Assembly (NCBI GenBank): GCA_963844715.1
Contig: CAWJPJ010000006.1
Coordinates: forward strand, 1,024,001-1,088,000
Source of the DNA: an uncultured Phycisphaerales bacterium
GTDB lineage: Bacteria; Planctomycetota; Phycisphaerae; Tepidisphaerales; Tepidisphaeraceae
Reading direction: 5' to 3'
Length of the DNA stretch: 64,000 bases
The notes beneath the pieces are model-generated. The model had not been told where the DNA came from and searched no databases. It worked only from the letters and a program-made list of their open reading frames with translations. Below are positions 41,249 through 52,165 of the stretch, one piece after another (positions within the stretch are counted from its first letter, which is position 1; each line of letters begins with the position of its first letter). A program made the position numbers and the translations under genes.

Positions 41249-43441
41249 TTACTGGCCGATCTTGACGTAGTCTCTCCAAAACTCGCGATAGGCGCCCTCG
41301 ATGGCACGCACGAATCCAGGCACGTCCGTCAGGGGTGAGCTGCGCATTCTTTCCCGCAAGCTTGCGCGGAGGGCGGGAAGGCGCGGGAGGTCATTTGCCC
41401 AGGCGTCGGCGAGGCGGACGAACTCGGATTCGTCGGCAGCGGCCAGATCAGTCAGTTGCAAATTGCTCAATTGACTCAAGCCGGCACGCCCCACGCTGGT
41501 CTTGCCCACAAGCGTCAACACGGGGACGCCCATCCAATAAGAGTCGAGGCTCGTGGTATGACCGTTGTAAGGCAAGGTATCCAATCCGAGATCGATCCGC
41601 TGATAGGTCTGGAGGTATTGCCGGCGGGGCTGCTGAGGAACGAATTCGATGCGATCCTGGCCGAGCTGGCGAAGAACCGTCTCGCGCGCGGAACCGGGCG
41701 GGGCCATGAGGAGGATCCGCGAATCTGGAATTTGATCGAGAACGGTTTTCCACCTCCGCAGGGTTTCGGGTGTGACTTTGCAGAAGTTGTTCAGGCAGCC
41801 AAAAGTTAGGCGCCCGGATGAAATGGCCGGGAGGGGACCGACGTCCGGACCATCAAGCACGTCCATCGACTTGGGATCGTAACACCAAAAACTGTGTGGG
41901 AGCCGATGGACTTTTTCCGCGTAATGGCTGTCGGTTCGCCCGGCGGGATCGAGGTAGGGGTCGCTGAGGCGCCAGTCGATTGTTTCGAGGCCGGTGCCGC
42001 CGGGATAGCCGCCGAAGGTGACTTGGATTGGGGCGGGCTTGCGAGCGAAGAGAGGCAAGCGATTTCCCGCTGATTGCCCGGCCAGATCGACGAGAATATC
42101 GATCTTGTCGGCGCGGATCGTTCGTTCGGCGGTTTCGTCGTCCATCAGCTGGATATTCCGCCAGGCGACAGCAGCGGCGGAAACCTTTTGCGTGACGGAA
42201 TCGACTCTGGGGGAATTGGAATAGCAATAGGCCTGGATGGATAGGCGGTCGTGTCCGGTAATCAGCGGCAGGAGATTTCTTCCGACAGGATGGTCGCGGA
42301 AGTCGGCGGAGACGTAGCCGACGCGAAGGACCCGCTCGGGATGGCGATCGTTATCATGGGGGCGGGCCAGCGCCTTGAGCGGCGCGGCGTGCAGTTGAGA
42401 CCAGCGCTTGGCTTCGGCGAGAATCGCGGCGGGATCGTCGTGCGAATAATGCAGGGAAAAGACGAGATTGCCGTGGTACTCGGTGTCGGCGGGCGCAAGG
42501 GCCATGGCTCGGCGATAGCAATCTTCGGATTCGGCCAGGCGGCCGAGTTGTCGCAGGGCGTTGCCGAGATTATTGAATGCTGGGGCGAAATTTGGGCGGA
42601 GGTGGATCGCTTTGTTGCACGCCTCGACGGCGCCGTCGGGATCATTCTGATCGCATAGAGCATTTCCGAGATTGTTGAGGGCCTCGGGATAATCCGGGCG
42701 CACGCCGAGCGCTTTGCGATAGCTTTCGATGGCTTCGCGGACTTTGCCAATGGTGCGAAGGGCGATGCCGAGGTTGTAATGGGCGTCGGCCAGTTGAGGA
42801 TCGAGTTCAACGGCGCGGCGATACTCGGCAATGGCTTCGTCGAATTTGGCGGTGTTTCTCAGGGCTTCGCCCAGGTTGTTATGTCCGGCGGCGAAATTGG
42901 GGGCGATGGTGAGGAGCTTGCGGTAAGTTGAGATGGCGCGGGGGAGGTCTCCCTTGGACATCAGGGCGGCGGCGAGATTATTCAGGGCCTCGGGGTAATC
43001 CGGGCGGAGGGTGAGGGCCTGCTCGAATTCGGCGATGGCTTCATCGGGGTTCCCCGATGAGGCGAGGGCCACGCCGAGGTTGTACGCCAGTTGCGGGACG
43101 CGCGGGTGACGGACGATTGCCTTTCGCAAAACTTCGATTGCGCGGTCGAACTGACCGGTGGAGAGCAGGGCGTTGCCTAGATTGTTGCACGCCGAGGCGG
43201 ATGCGGGATCGATTGCCACGGCCCGCTCGAACTCGGCGACGGCGGCGGTTTTCTGGCCGGATTGAATCAGTAGAATCGCCAGTTCCTGAATGACGTCGGC
43301 ATCTCGCGGCTTGAGAGTCAGGGCCTGGCGGAAAAGTTGTTCCGCTTCGCGGATGCGCTCCCCCTGCTGAGCACGGCGGGCTCGCTGAAGAATTTCGTCA
43401 ATGTTGCCGAACGGTTTCAACGCGAAATTCCCTCTTGCCAT
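41249..43441 (-). CDS. TPR-repeat GT41 glycosyltransferase (SPINDLY/OGT-like) 4
   Basis: About 9 TPRs ('NNLGNAL'), 'RVGYVSADFRDHPV', 'DILVDLAG', 'PAPIQ', 'FGCLNNFCK', 'LDTLPYNGHTT'. Confidence 0.93.
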   Translation of the reverse strand: MARGNFALKPFGNIDEILQRARRAQQGERIREAEQLFRQALTLKPRDADVIQELAILLIQSGQKTAAVAEFERAVAIDPASASACNNLGNALLSTGQFDRAIEVLRKAIVRHPRVPQLAYNLGVALASSGNPDEAIAEFEQALTLRPDYPEALNNLAAALMSKGDLPRAISTYRKLLTIAPNFAAGHNNLGEALRNTAKFDEAIAEYRRAVELDPQLADAHYNLGIALRTIGKVREAIESYRKALGVRPDYPEALNNLGNALCDQNDPDGAVEACNKAIHLRPNFAPAFNNLGNALRQLGRLAESEDCYRRAMALAPADTEYHGNLVFSLHYSHDDPAAILAEAKRWSQLHAAPLKALARPHDNDRHPERVLRVGYVSADFRDHPVGRNLLPLITGHDRLSIQAYCYSNSPRVDSVTQKVSAAAVAWRNIQLMDDETAERTIRADKIDILVDLAGQSAGNRLPLFARKPAPIQVTFGGYPGGTGLETIDWRLSDPYLDPAGRTDSHYAEKVHRLPHSFWCYDPKSMDVLDGPDVGPLPAISSGRLTFGCLNNFCKVTPETLRRWKTVLDQIPDSRILLMAPPGSARETVLRQLGQDRIEFVPQQPRRQYLQTYQRIDLGLDTLPYNGHTTSLDSYWMGVPVLTLVGKTSVGRAGLSQLSNLQLTDLAAADESEFVRLADAWANDLPRLPALRASLRERMRSSPLTDVPGFVRAIEGAYREFWRDYVKIGQ

Positions 43442-45452
43442 GCGCGGCGAAAGGCGGACTCAACATCGGCGGCAAAGGCGCGGGCGTCGAGCAACCGCGA
43501 GGCGCGCATTTTTTCTCGGAGCGAGGGACGCAACTCCTCCAGACCGGTCATGGCGGCGGCCTTTTTCACGTATTCATCTTCGGAGCCAGCGGCCAGTTCC
43601 GCTAGCCCGAGATTTGTCAGCAAGCTGAGTCCGACGCGGCTGGCGTGAGTTTTGCCGGTCAATGTTACGACGGGAACGCCCATCCAGATCGCCTCGCAGG
43701 TTGTGGTTGTGCCGTTATAAGGATAGGTATCCAGGGCGATGTCCATCTCGGCATAGGTTTGCAAATGCTGGTGAATGGATGGGGATTTGCCGCGGAGATC
43801 GATGCGCGCGGGGTTGATGCCGACGGATGTAAAACGATGGAGAAATTCCGCCCTTGCTTCCGAGTCGCTCAATCCGGCGTTCTTGATCAGCAAACGGCTG
43901 TTGGGAACGGACTGGAGAATCCGAATCCATAGATCTGTCACCTTTTGATTCATTTTGGCCAGGTTGTTGAATGAACCGAAGGTGATGAAGCCGTTGCGCT
44001 TGGCGGGTTGCGGTGAGACTTCCGGCGCATCGGATGGGGGTTGATAGCAGACAAAGCTGTGCGGCAATCGGAGGAGTTTCTCACTGTAATATCCCTCGGT
44101 CATTCCGGGGGGATCGGCGTGGAAGTCCGTGAGGCGGTAATCCATGACGGAGAGACCCGTCGTGTCGGGACAGCCGAGGTAGGTGAATTGAACGGGAGCG
44201 GGTTTGCGGGCGAAGACGAGGAGGCGGTTGCCTGCGGTGTGGCCGGCCAAATCAACGAGGATGTCGATCTTATCCGCGCGGATCATGTCGGAAAGATTTT
44301 GATCGGTGACTCCTGTCGTGTCGCGCCAGTGGTGGACGAGTTTTTTCAATCGCGCTGTCGTCGCGTCACCTTTTAGCAAATCGGCATAGGCAAAAGTCTC
44401 CACCTGGTTCCGATCGTGACCGGCGAGGAGGCTTTCGATGAAGAATCCTACGGAGTGCTCACGGAAATCGGGGGAAACATAGCCAACGCGCAATCTTCGG
44501 TTGGGATCGCGATCAACATCGTAGGGATTAATCTGAGTTGCCAAGGGTTTGGCAAAGCGATCATTCCATTTTTGATGCTCGGCGAAAATTTCGCCGGGTC
44601 GGGGTCGGGAAGAAAATGCAGGGCCCAGAGAAGATTGTCGGCGGCGGGTGGATAGTTTTCCGCGCCGGAACGAATCAATGGCCTCGGGGATGTGGTTCAT
44701 ACCGAGGAGGGCGTTTCCTAGATTTGAATAAGCCTCGGCAAAATCAGGTCGCAAGCTGATCGCGCCCGTGCACGCGGCCGCGGATTCATGGAAACGGGCG
44801 GCGATGGAGAGGCTGTTCCCGAGATTGCTAAACGCCTCGGCAAAATCCGGCTTGATGGCGATCGCCTGGCGGTAGATTTCGATGGCTTCTTCGGTTTTTC
44901 CCTGACGCTCCAGGGCGCCAGCGAGATTATTCAGGGCCTGGGGATGGGGGCCAATGGCGGCGGTTTTGCGGAAATTTTCGACGGCGCCGTCCCAGTCGCC
45001 GGTGGCCCGATAGGCATCGGCCAGATTGTAGTACGAACCCGCGTCGTCCTTGTTGTATTGGATCGCGCTGCGGTAGGCGGAAATTGCCCCTTTCCAATCG
45101 GTCATCGCGCCCAGGGCGCAGCCGAGGTTAAACCAGGCCTGGGACCAATCGGACCGAATGGCAATGGCGCGGCGGCATGCCGCTGCCGCCTCAGCGGGCG
45201 CGAGAGGGCAAGAAGCACGACCGCGAGATTCAACTGGAAATCGGCGCGGCGCGGATCGATTGATGCGGCCCGCTCGAGCGGAGGCAGGGCTTCTCGCGCT
45301 CGCGCGGTTTGAAAAAGGAGAGTCCCGAGGAGATGGAGAGCCTGCGGGTCGTTGGGTTTTTCGGAGATTGCTTTTCTATAAAGCGTCTCGGCCTGGTCGA
45401 GGCGTCCGGCCTGGTGATGGGCGGCGGCGAGGGTGAGTGATTCGCTGGTCAT
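43417..45452 (-). CDS. TPR-repeat GT41 glycosyltransferase (SPINDLY/OGT-like) 3, frameshifted
   Basis: TPRs; 'RVGYVSPDFREHSV', 'DLAGHT', 'FGSFNNLAK', 'LDTYPYNGTTTTCEA.WMGVP'. Confidence 0.92.
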
Positions 45453-47425
45453 CCCGGCGATTTGCAGTATTCGACCCAGATTCGGCGAAGAGCCGCTTCG
45501 AAGCCGCGGGCGAATTTTGCTCCGTCCATGAGGGCGGATTCCTGCATGCGCGGACGCAAGGATGCCCGCAGCTCCCCGAGGCGCGCGGTGTCTGCGGCAA
45601 GGTCGGCGGCAATTTTAGTAAATTCCTCGGGGGTTTGGGCCGCAAGATTCTGGAGATTCAGATTCGACAGGGCCGTGTAAGAAGCGCGTCCCATGACCGT
45701 TGGACTGACGAGAGTCACGACGGGAACCCCCATCCATAAGGAATCGAACGTGGTGGTATGCCCGCTGCACGGATAGGTGTCGAGGGCGACATCGATTCGG
45801 TTGAACACGCGCAGATATTTCGCACGGAGCAGGCGGTCCATGAATTCAACCCGCTCCATGCTGATCCCTTTTTGGACGAACCGATCGGTGACGCGCTGCC
45901 GAGCCGAGCCTGGGGGCGCGAGCATGATGAACCGGGACGAGGGAACGGCTGCAAGGACGTCGGCCCACATGTCGAGCGTTTCGTCGTTGATTTTCCCAAA
46001 CGTGTTGAGAGAGCCGAAGGTGATGAAGGCGGCGTTCTTCGCCGGGAGAGGACCGACGATCGGCTCCTTCGTCATCGGATCGTAACACCAGAAACAATCG
46101 GGAAGAGGCATGGCAAGCTCGTTTCCCGGTGCGGCCACGGTTGGCGGGCCGTCGGGCGGTTCGAGAAAGCGGTCGGTGAGCCGCCAGTCGATGGTGTCGA
46201 GGCCCGACGTTCCGGGGTATCCCAGCCAACTGACCTGCACGGGCGCGGGTTTTCGCGCGAATGCGAGAAGGCGATTCCCCAGGGTGTGAAGCTTCAAATC
46301 GACGAGAATGTCGATCCCATCTTTGCGAATCTGCTCGGCCAAGTCCTCATCGTGCCAGCCATGGGTGAAGCACCAAGTATCGGCGTAGGTTTGAAACCTT
46401 TTCGTGGAGTCATCCGGTTCGTCAACATCGGCGTAGCAAAAAATCTCATATTGGGCGTGATCGAGATGGCTTAGAAGCGGTTCCAGGAAGAACTCACTGG
46501 CGTGGGCGAAAAAATCGGAGGATGAATAGCCGATGCGCAGGCGGCGTGTGGGATCGCGATCATTCTCATGGGCGCGGAGTTGCGATTTGAGCGGCGCCGA
46601 ATGCAGCTCGTTCCAACGGCGCATTTCGTCGGCCAGGACGCGCAAATCCATTTCCCCATAGTTCACAGTGCCGATAAACGTGCTTCGGTATGCGGCGCTG
46701 TCCGGGCGCAATTCGACGGCTTTGCGATAACTGGCCAGAGCCTCGGGTATCTTTCCCAGATCCTTTTGAATGTTGCCTAGATTGTTGTGAACGTCGGCGC
46801 GGTCGGGATTGAGATAGAGGGCGCGGCGGCAGGCGGTGAGGGCCTCGTCGTATTTCCCCTGGGTCCAGAGGGAATGGCCGAGATTGTTGTAAGCGACGGC
46901 ATCATTGGGACGCGCGGCAATGACCTGGCGAAAGGCTGTTTCCGCGTCCTCCTGGCGACCCAGGGTGCCCAGGGCGCTGCCGAGGTTGTTCAGGGCGTCG
47001 ACAAAATCGGCGCGAATGGCGAGGGTCTGGCGGAACATGGCGATCGCCTCCGGCAGGCGATGCATGGTCGCCAGGGCGATGCCGATATCGTTGGACGCCT
47101 CGGCGTAGTCGGGCTTCAGCTCAAGCGCACGCATCAGGGGTGCAATCGCCTCATGGGGCTTGCCCGACGTGCGCAGGACCACGCCCATGGCGTAATGCAG
47201 ATCGGCGCGCTGATCGTTCTTGGCGACGGCAAGCTGAATATGCTCCAGGGCAGCCTGGGGTTTTCCCTGTCTATATTCGAGAACGGCAATGCGATAGAGC
47301 AAATCGGGGGAATCGGGTTCGTGTTCCAGGAGCTGCTGAAAATGAACGCGCGCCTGTTCGAGATCGCCCGCCTTCTCGTGCCGGAGCGCTTGTTCGAGAA
47401 TTTGTTCCGCCGTCATCTCCGCCAT
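45449..47425 (-). CDS. TPR-repeat GT41 glycosyltransferase (SPINDLY/OGT-like) 2
   Basis: TPRs; 'RIGYSSSDFFAHAS', 'DLKLHT', 'WLGYPGT', 'FGSLNTFGK', 'LDTYPCSGHTT'. Confidence 0.92.
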   Translation of the reverse strand: MAEMTAEQILEQALRHEKAGDLEQARVHFQQLLEHEPDSPDLLYRIAVLEYRQGKPQAALEHIQLAVAKNDQRADLHYAMGVVLRTSGKPHEAIAPLMRALELKPDYAEASNDIGIALATMHRLPEAIAMFRQTLAIRADFVDALNNLGSALGTLGRQEDAETAFRQVIAARPNDAVAYNNLGHSLWTQGKYDEALTACRRALYLNPDRADVHNNLGNIQKDLGKIPEALASYRKAVELRPDSAAYRSTFIGTVNYGEMDLRVLADEMRRWNELHSAPLKSQLRAHENDRDPTRRLRIGYSSSDFFAHASEFFLEPLLSHLDHAQYEIFCYADVDEPDDSTKRFQTYADTWCFTHGWHDEDLAEQIRKDGIDILVDLKLHTLGNRLLAFARKPAPVQVSWLGYPGTSGLDTIDWRLTDRFLEPPDGPPTVAAPGNELAMPLPDCFWCYDPMTKEPIVGPLPAKNAAFITFGSLNTFGKINDETLDMWADVLAAVPSSRFIMLAPPGSARQRVTDRFVQKGISMERVEFMDRLLRAKYLRVFNRIDVALDTYPCSGHTTTFDSLWMGVPVVTLVSPTVMGRASYTALSNLNLQNLAAQTPEEFTKIAADLAADTARLGELRASLRPRMQESALMDGAKFARGFEAALRRIWVEYCKSPG

Positions 47426-47436
47426 CGCCAAACTTC

Positions 47437-49510
47437 CTACACGACAGGGCCGTTTGGGGCAACTGCCTGGCGCCACATGCGGCGGTAGGCCGCTTCAATA
47501 TTTCGCGCAAACCGCTTCGCGTCGGTCAGGGGGCACGCCTGCATCTTTTGGCGCAACTGGGCCCGAAGATCTGCCAGGCGAGTCAAATCTCGGGTCCAAT
47601 CGACGGCAATTTGAACGAATTGCGCTTCGTCGCGGGCGGCGAGTTCCGACAGATTCAGATTGGACAACTGGCTCCATCCGGCGCGGCCGACGCTCGTTTC
47701 GCCGATCAGTGTCACGACCGGCACGCCCATCCAAAAGGAATCGAGACCGGTGGTGTGGCCGTTATACGGAAGCGTATCCAGACCGAGATCGATGCGGTGA
47801 TACGTGTTCAAATAGTCATCACGCGGCTGCTGCGCGACGAATTCGATTCGGGCGGGATCGACGTTCAAAGTTTTTAGGACCCAATCGCGCGCGGAGCCTT
47901 GGGGGGCGAGAAGGACCAGCCGACTCTGCGGCACGGCCGCCAGAACCTGGGACCAAAGATTGAGCGTCTTGGCGTTGATCTTACAGAAGTTGTTGAGGCA
48001 ACCGAAGGTGACGAATCCATTAGTAATCGCCGGCAGAGGATTGACTTCGAAATTCCGGACATCCATCGCATCAGGATCGTAACACCAGAAACTGTCGGGG
48101 AGGCGAGCGAGTCGCTCGGTGTAAAGATTGTCGCCGAGTTCGGGTGGATCCAGATAGGGGTCGGTGATTCGCCAATCCATGGTTTCCAAACCTGTGCCGC
48201 CGGGATATCCGCCGAAGGTCGCCTGGATGGGGGCGGGCTTGAGCGCGAAGAGCGGGAGGCGATTGCCGGCGGTATGGCCGGATAGATCGACGAGGATATC
48301 GATTTGGTCCGCGACGATGGCGTCGGCGGCCTGGATGTCGCCGAGTAATCCGATCGGCCTCCATCCGTCTGATGCAGCGCGAAACTTTTCGGTGATCGAA
48401 TCGACGGTGCGCGAAGTGGGGTAGCAGAATATTTCGAAATTGGCGCGGTCGTGATTCAAAACGAGGGGGAGAATATTTTTCCCGACGGGATGGATGCGCA
48501 GATCGAATGAGACGTAGCCGATGCGCAGGCGGCGGTCCGGATTGCGATCGTTTTTGAGCGTGCGGCGCAGCGGGCGAAGGGGTTTGGCGTAGCGGTCGTT
48601 CCATGCGCGGCATGTGCTGGAGGAGGGTCTGGGCGGACTGCTGGGGATCGTAGAGCCCCAAGAAAACCAGATTGCTGCCGAATACCGGGTCGCCGGGGCA
48701 CAGATCGACGGCGCGGCGGTAATAAACCATGGCTTCGTCCATGCGTCCGACGGCGCGGAGAGCATTGCCGAGATTATTCAGGGCGGGAGGCGCGCTGGGA
48801 GCCAGCTCGACGGCGCGGCGGGCCTCGGCGATGGCGTCATCGAGCCGATTCGCGGACATCAAGGCGTTGGCGAGATTGTGGTGAGCCGGCGCGAAATCGG
48901 GACGAATCTGAATCGCCCGGCGGGCGGCGGTTATGGCCTCCTCGTTTCGATCCACCATCCAGAGGGCATCGCTAAGATTGCTCCATGCCTCGACATAATC
49001 CGCGCGAATCTCGACGGCGCGGCGGAAAAGATCGATCGCGTCGTCGAATCGGCCCTGCAATTTCCGGGCATTTCCGAGATTGTTATGCGCTGGCGCAAAA
49101 TCCGGGCTGGCGGCTATCGCCAAATTGACTTGGGAGATTCCGTCACCGATCCGGCCCAATTGGCAGAGGAGAACACCCAGATCGTTGTGGGCCTGGGGAA
49201 CCCCTGGCCGCAAATCGACAGAGGATTGCAGGGAGGCGATGGCTTCCTCCAATCGACCCTGTGCTTTGAGGGCGTAGGCGAGGTGCTGGTGATATTCCGC
49301 CTTGCGGAAATTCGCGGCGATCGCCTGGCGGAAATAATTTTCGGCCTCCTGCGGACGTCCGGAGCGCAAGAGCAGCTTGGCGAGATCGTGGAGGGCGTCT
49401 TCCCGCTGGGGCTGGCGCTGAAGAATTTGGCGATAGGTTGATTCGGCCTCGCCGATTCGCCCGGCCTGCTCGTGCTTCCTGGCGAGGTCGAGGGTCTGCT
49501 GGATATTCAT
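47437..49510 (-). CDS. TPR-repeat GT41 glycosyltransferase (SPINDLY/OGT-like) 1, frameshifted
   Basis: TPRs in 48071..49525; catalytic part in 47437..48765 ('RIGYVSFDLRIHPV', 'NNFCK', 'LDTLPYNGHTT'). Confidence 0.92.
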
Positions 49511-50356
49511 CGGGCGTCGGGCCATTCCCCGCTGAAGACTTCGGTTGCCGGTCCCGTCATGTAGACGTTGTCATCGGTTTGGCGCCAGTCGAGTTGCAAA
49601 TCGCCGCCGGGAAGATGTCCGAGTATTTTGCGATTCGTTCGGCCGGTTAAAGCGCCGGTGACGCAAACGGCGCAGGCGCCGGTTCCGCAGGCGAGGGTGA
49701 TGCCGCTGCCCCGCTCCCAGTGGCGCATGACGACCTCGTCGGGGTTATTCACTTGCACCCAATGTACGTTGATGCGGCGCGGAAACGCCGCGGCGTTCTC
49801 GATCTTGGGGCCCAGAGCGCTGCACGTCGACCCCGGCGGGATCGTCGGTGAAGATCACCAAGTGCGGATTTCCCATGGAGACGAACGTGGCGCGGAATTC
49901 CTCGCCGTCGATGGTGAAATCGTATTCGTGCTCCCCGACTTTTTTCATTTTTTCGGGATCGACGGGGATTTTGGGAAGGTCCAGGACCGGGCGGCCCATG
50001 TTTACGGTCACGTCGGTGACCCGCTGTTCGCGAAGATGCAAGTCGAGGGTCAGGACGCCGCGGCCGGTTTCGACGGTGAGCGGATTTTTATCGCTGAGAT
50101 TGCGCTCGTGGGCATATTTCGCCAGGCCGCGGATTCCGTTTCCGCACATTTCCGCCTCGCTGCCGTCGGCGTTGAACATGCGCATTTTCAGGTCAGCCTT
50201 CTGGGAGGGGAGAACGAGAATCAGCCCGTCGGCGCCGACGCCGAAATGGCGATCGGAGATGGTTTTCGCCAGTTGCGCGGGATCAGCGACCGTCTCGGCG
50301 AATCCGTTGACGTAAATGTAATCGTTGCCGATGCCGTGCATCTTCGTGAACTTCAT
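49507..50356 (-). CDS. dapF: Diaminopimelate epimerase, frameshifted
   Basis: 'MKFTKMHGIGNDY', 'EMCGNG', 'SMGNPH', 'WERGSGITLACGTG'. Confidence 0.96.
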
Positions 50357-50416
50357 CGAGGAAAGTTTAGTCTCAATGGGGGATCAGAGCCAAAACGCTC
50401 AATTGCGGAGGGCTCA

Positions 50417-52147
50417 ATGTCCGATAATCTCCAAGTGCTACACGAAATATTGAGCATTGGACGGATTTTGGACGGCGAACCAGTGCAGCTCGAATTGCCG
50501 CCGCCAGGCGTGGCGGAGGCCCAGGCATTGAAGAATTGGGCGCTCAATCTGGATGCCATCCAAATCCTGCAACCGAAGCTGGAACAATGGGTTAGGGATA
50601 TTCATACGCCCTTTCACTGGGCGCTGGCGCGGGATGGATATCTGACGGCGAAGGATGGAGAAAGCTGGTGGCGCGGGTGCTCCGTGCCGCTGCTGGCCGG
50701 GCGGGAGATGCTCAAGAAGCTGGAACTGGGCGGGTCGGTCGGGTGCTTTGTTTGCCCGTCCCATGCGGGGGAAATCCGGGCGTGCTTCGAGCGGCTGGCG
50801 GCGAATCAGGCCTTTGTGGCTGTGGTTCCGGACCCGCTGACCCTGGCCGTCATGCTCCATTGTGATGACTTCTCATCGGAAATTCGGGGCGGGCGACTGA
50901 TGTTTGTCGGGGGGTGGGATTGGGCGGATCAACTCAACGAGCTTTTCGAATCCCAGCCCGGGCTGGCGCTGCCGCAGACGTTCATCCGCACGGTGCTGAC
51001 AGACGACGACGAATTGAATCGGTTCGCGGCTGAGGCGCAGGCGGTCATCTCCGATCTCAACGCGCGGCGTGCGCAGCGAATCGCCCTGGCGCGCGAGTCG
51101 GCGGAGCGAACCCAGCGGCGCACGGGCCCGGTTCTGGTGGTTGCTTCGGGGTTTCTGCGCGTTTCGGATTTATCGGGGATCACTCTGTCAGCGGCCCTGT
51201 GTGACGAGCAGCGCACGGGCGGTTCGTTTGTTCGGCTCGATCCGGATTATCCTCTTTCCGGCTCGCCGGTTGCCGTGGCGATGAAGGCTGTGGAATGCGA
51301 TGCGATCATAACGGCCAACGCTTTTCGGGCGGGATTGCCTGGGATCGTGCCGGCGAATCGCCCGTGGATCACTTGGGTGACAAAGGGCCCCCACTGCATC
51401 TTGCCGCCGGACGACGCCGCTCCGTTGGATCGCGTGATGCTGGCTGATCCTGAATGGACGCCTGCCGCGCGGCGGTTGGGCTGGCGCGAGGATCAAATTG
51501 AAATTGCTGCGTGGCCTGACCGGCTGGGGTTGTTCGCCGGTTCGGCGTCACCGTCGGGAAAATCGCTGGGTCTACTGGCGGACGTCAGGTCCATCGAAAT
51601 GCCGGATCAGCTCAAAGAGGTCTCGAGTCACCGGTTGTTGTGGGAATCGATCGCGGACGAACTGGCCAACGACCCGCCGGCGCTGGGGATTGATCCAAGG
51701 AAATATCTGGAAAATCGGATGGCGAAAATGGGCGTGACGGCGGAAAGATTCGATTTTGGGCTGTTTTTCGAGCGGCTGATCATGCCGGCGTATTGGGCGG
51801 GATTGACTGACGCGGCCCTGAAGGCGGGATTGCCTGTCTCAATCATCGGGCGCGATTGCACGGGCACGCCGGGCGATCTGGTCGAGCGCATCCTGGATTG
51901 CGGGGCGATGATTCATCCGATGCCCGGGAAAGATGCACATCCGGTCGATGTGCTGGGAATCCCGGTGATTCAGCCGGCGGGACTAAGTTTGAATCAGTTC
52001 ATTTTTGCGGCCAAACGCGTGCTGGCGGGCGAGACGCCGATTCGGCGCCGGGCAATTCCGCCGCTTTCGATTGGGCGCGTTTTGAGTTTGATTCCATCGA
52101 TGCGATGGACGGTGACCGATGAGGTTGTGGACAAATGCTCCGATTGA
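50417..52147 (+). CDS. Hypothetical protein, possibly Maf-like N-terminus with a degenerate glycosyltransferase-like C-terminus
   Basis: Long open frame from ATG 50417; 'VVPDPLTLAVMLHCDDFSSEI..GRL' resembles Maf/DUF115-associated N-terminal regions (weak, by eye). Confidence 0.55.
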   Translation: MSDNLQVLHEILSIGRILDGEPVQLELPPPGVAEAQALKNWALNLDAIQILQPKLEQWVRDIHTPFHWALARDGYLTAKDGESWWRGCSVPLLAGREMLKKLELGGSVGCFVCPSHAGEIRACFERLAANQAFVAVVPDPLTLAVMLHCDDFSSEIRGGRLMFVGGWDWADQLNELFESQPGLALPQTFIRTVLTDDDELNRFAAEAQAVISDLNARRAQRIALARESAERTQRRTGPVLVVASGFLRVSDLSGITLSAALCDEQRTGGSFVRLDPDYPLSGSPVAVAMKAVECDAIITANAFRAGLPGIVPANRPWITWVTKGPHCILPPDDAAPLDRVMLADPEWTPAARRLGWREDQIEIAAWPDRLGLFAGSASPSGKSLGLLADVRSIEMPDQLKEVSSHRLLWESIADELANDPPALGIDPRKYLENRMAKMGVTAERFDFGLFFERLIMPAYWAGLTDAALKAGLPVSIIGRDCTGTPGDLVERILDCGAMIHPMPGKDAHPVDVLGIPVIQPAGLSLNQFIFAAKRVLAGETPIRRRAIPPLSIGRVLSLIPSMRWTVTDEVVDKCSD

Positions 52148-52165
52148 GCAAAAGGGGATTTCCCT

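Noticed and set aside
49568..50416. N-terminal 283 aa of the 859-aa plus-strand ORF
   Set aside because: Antisense shadow of dapF; the real gene most likely starts at ATG 50417.
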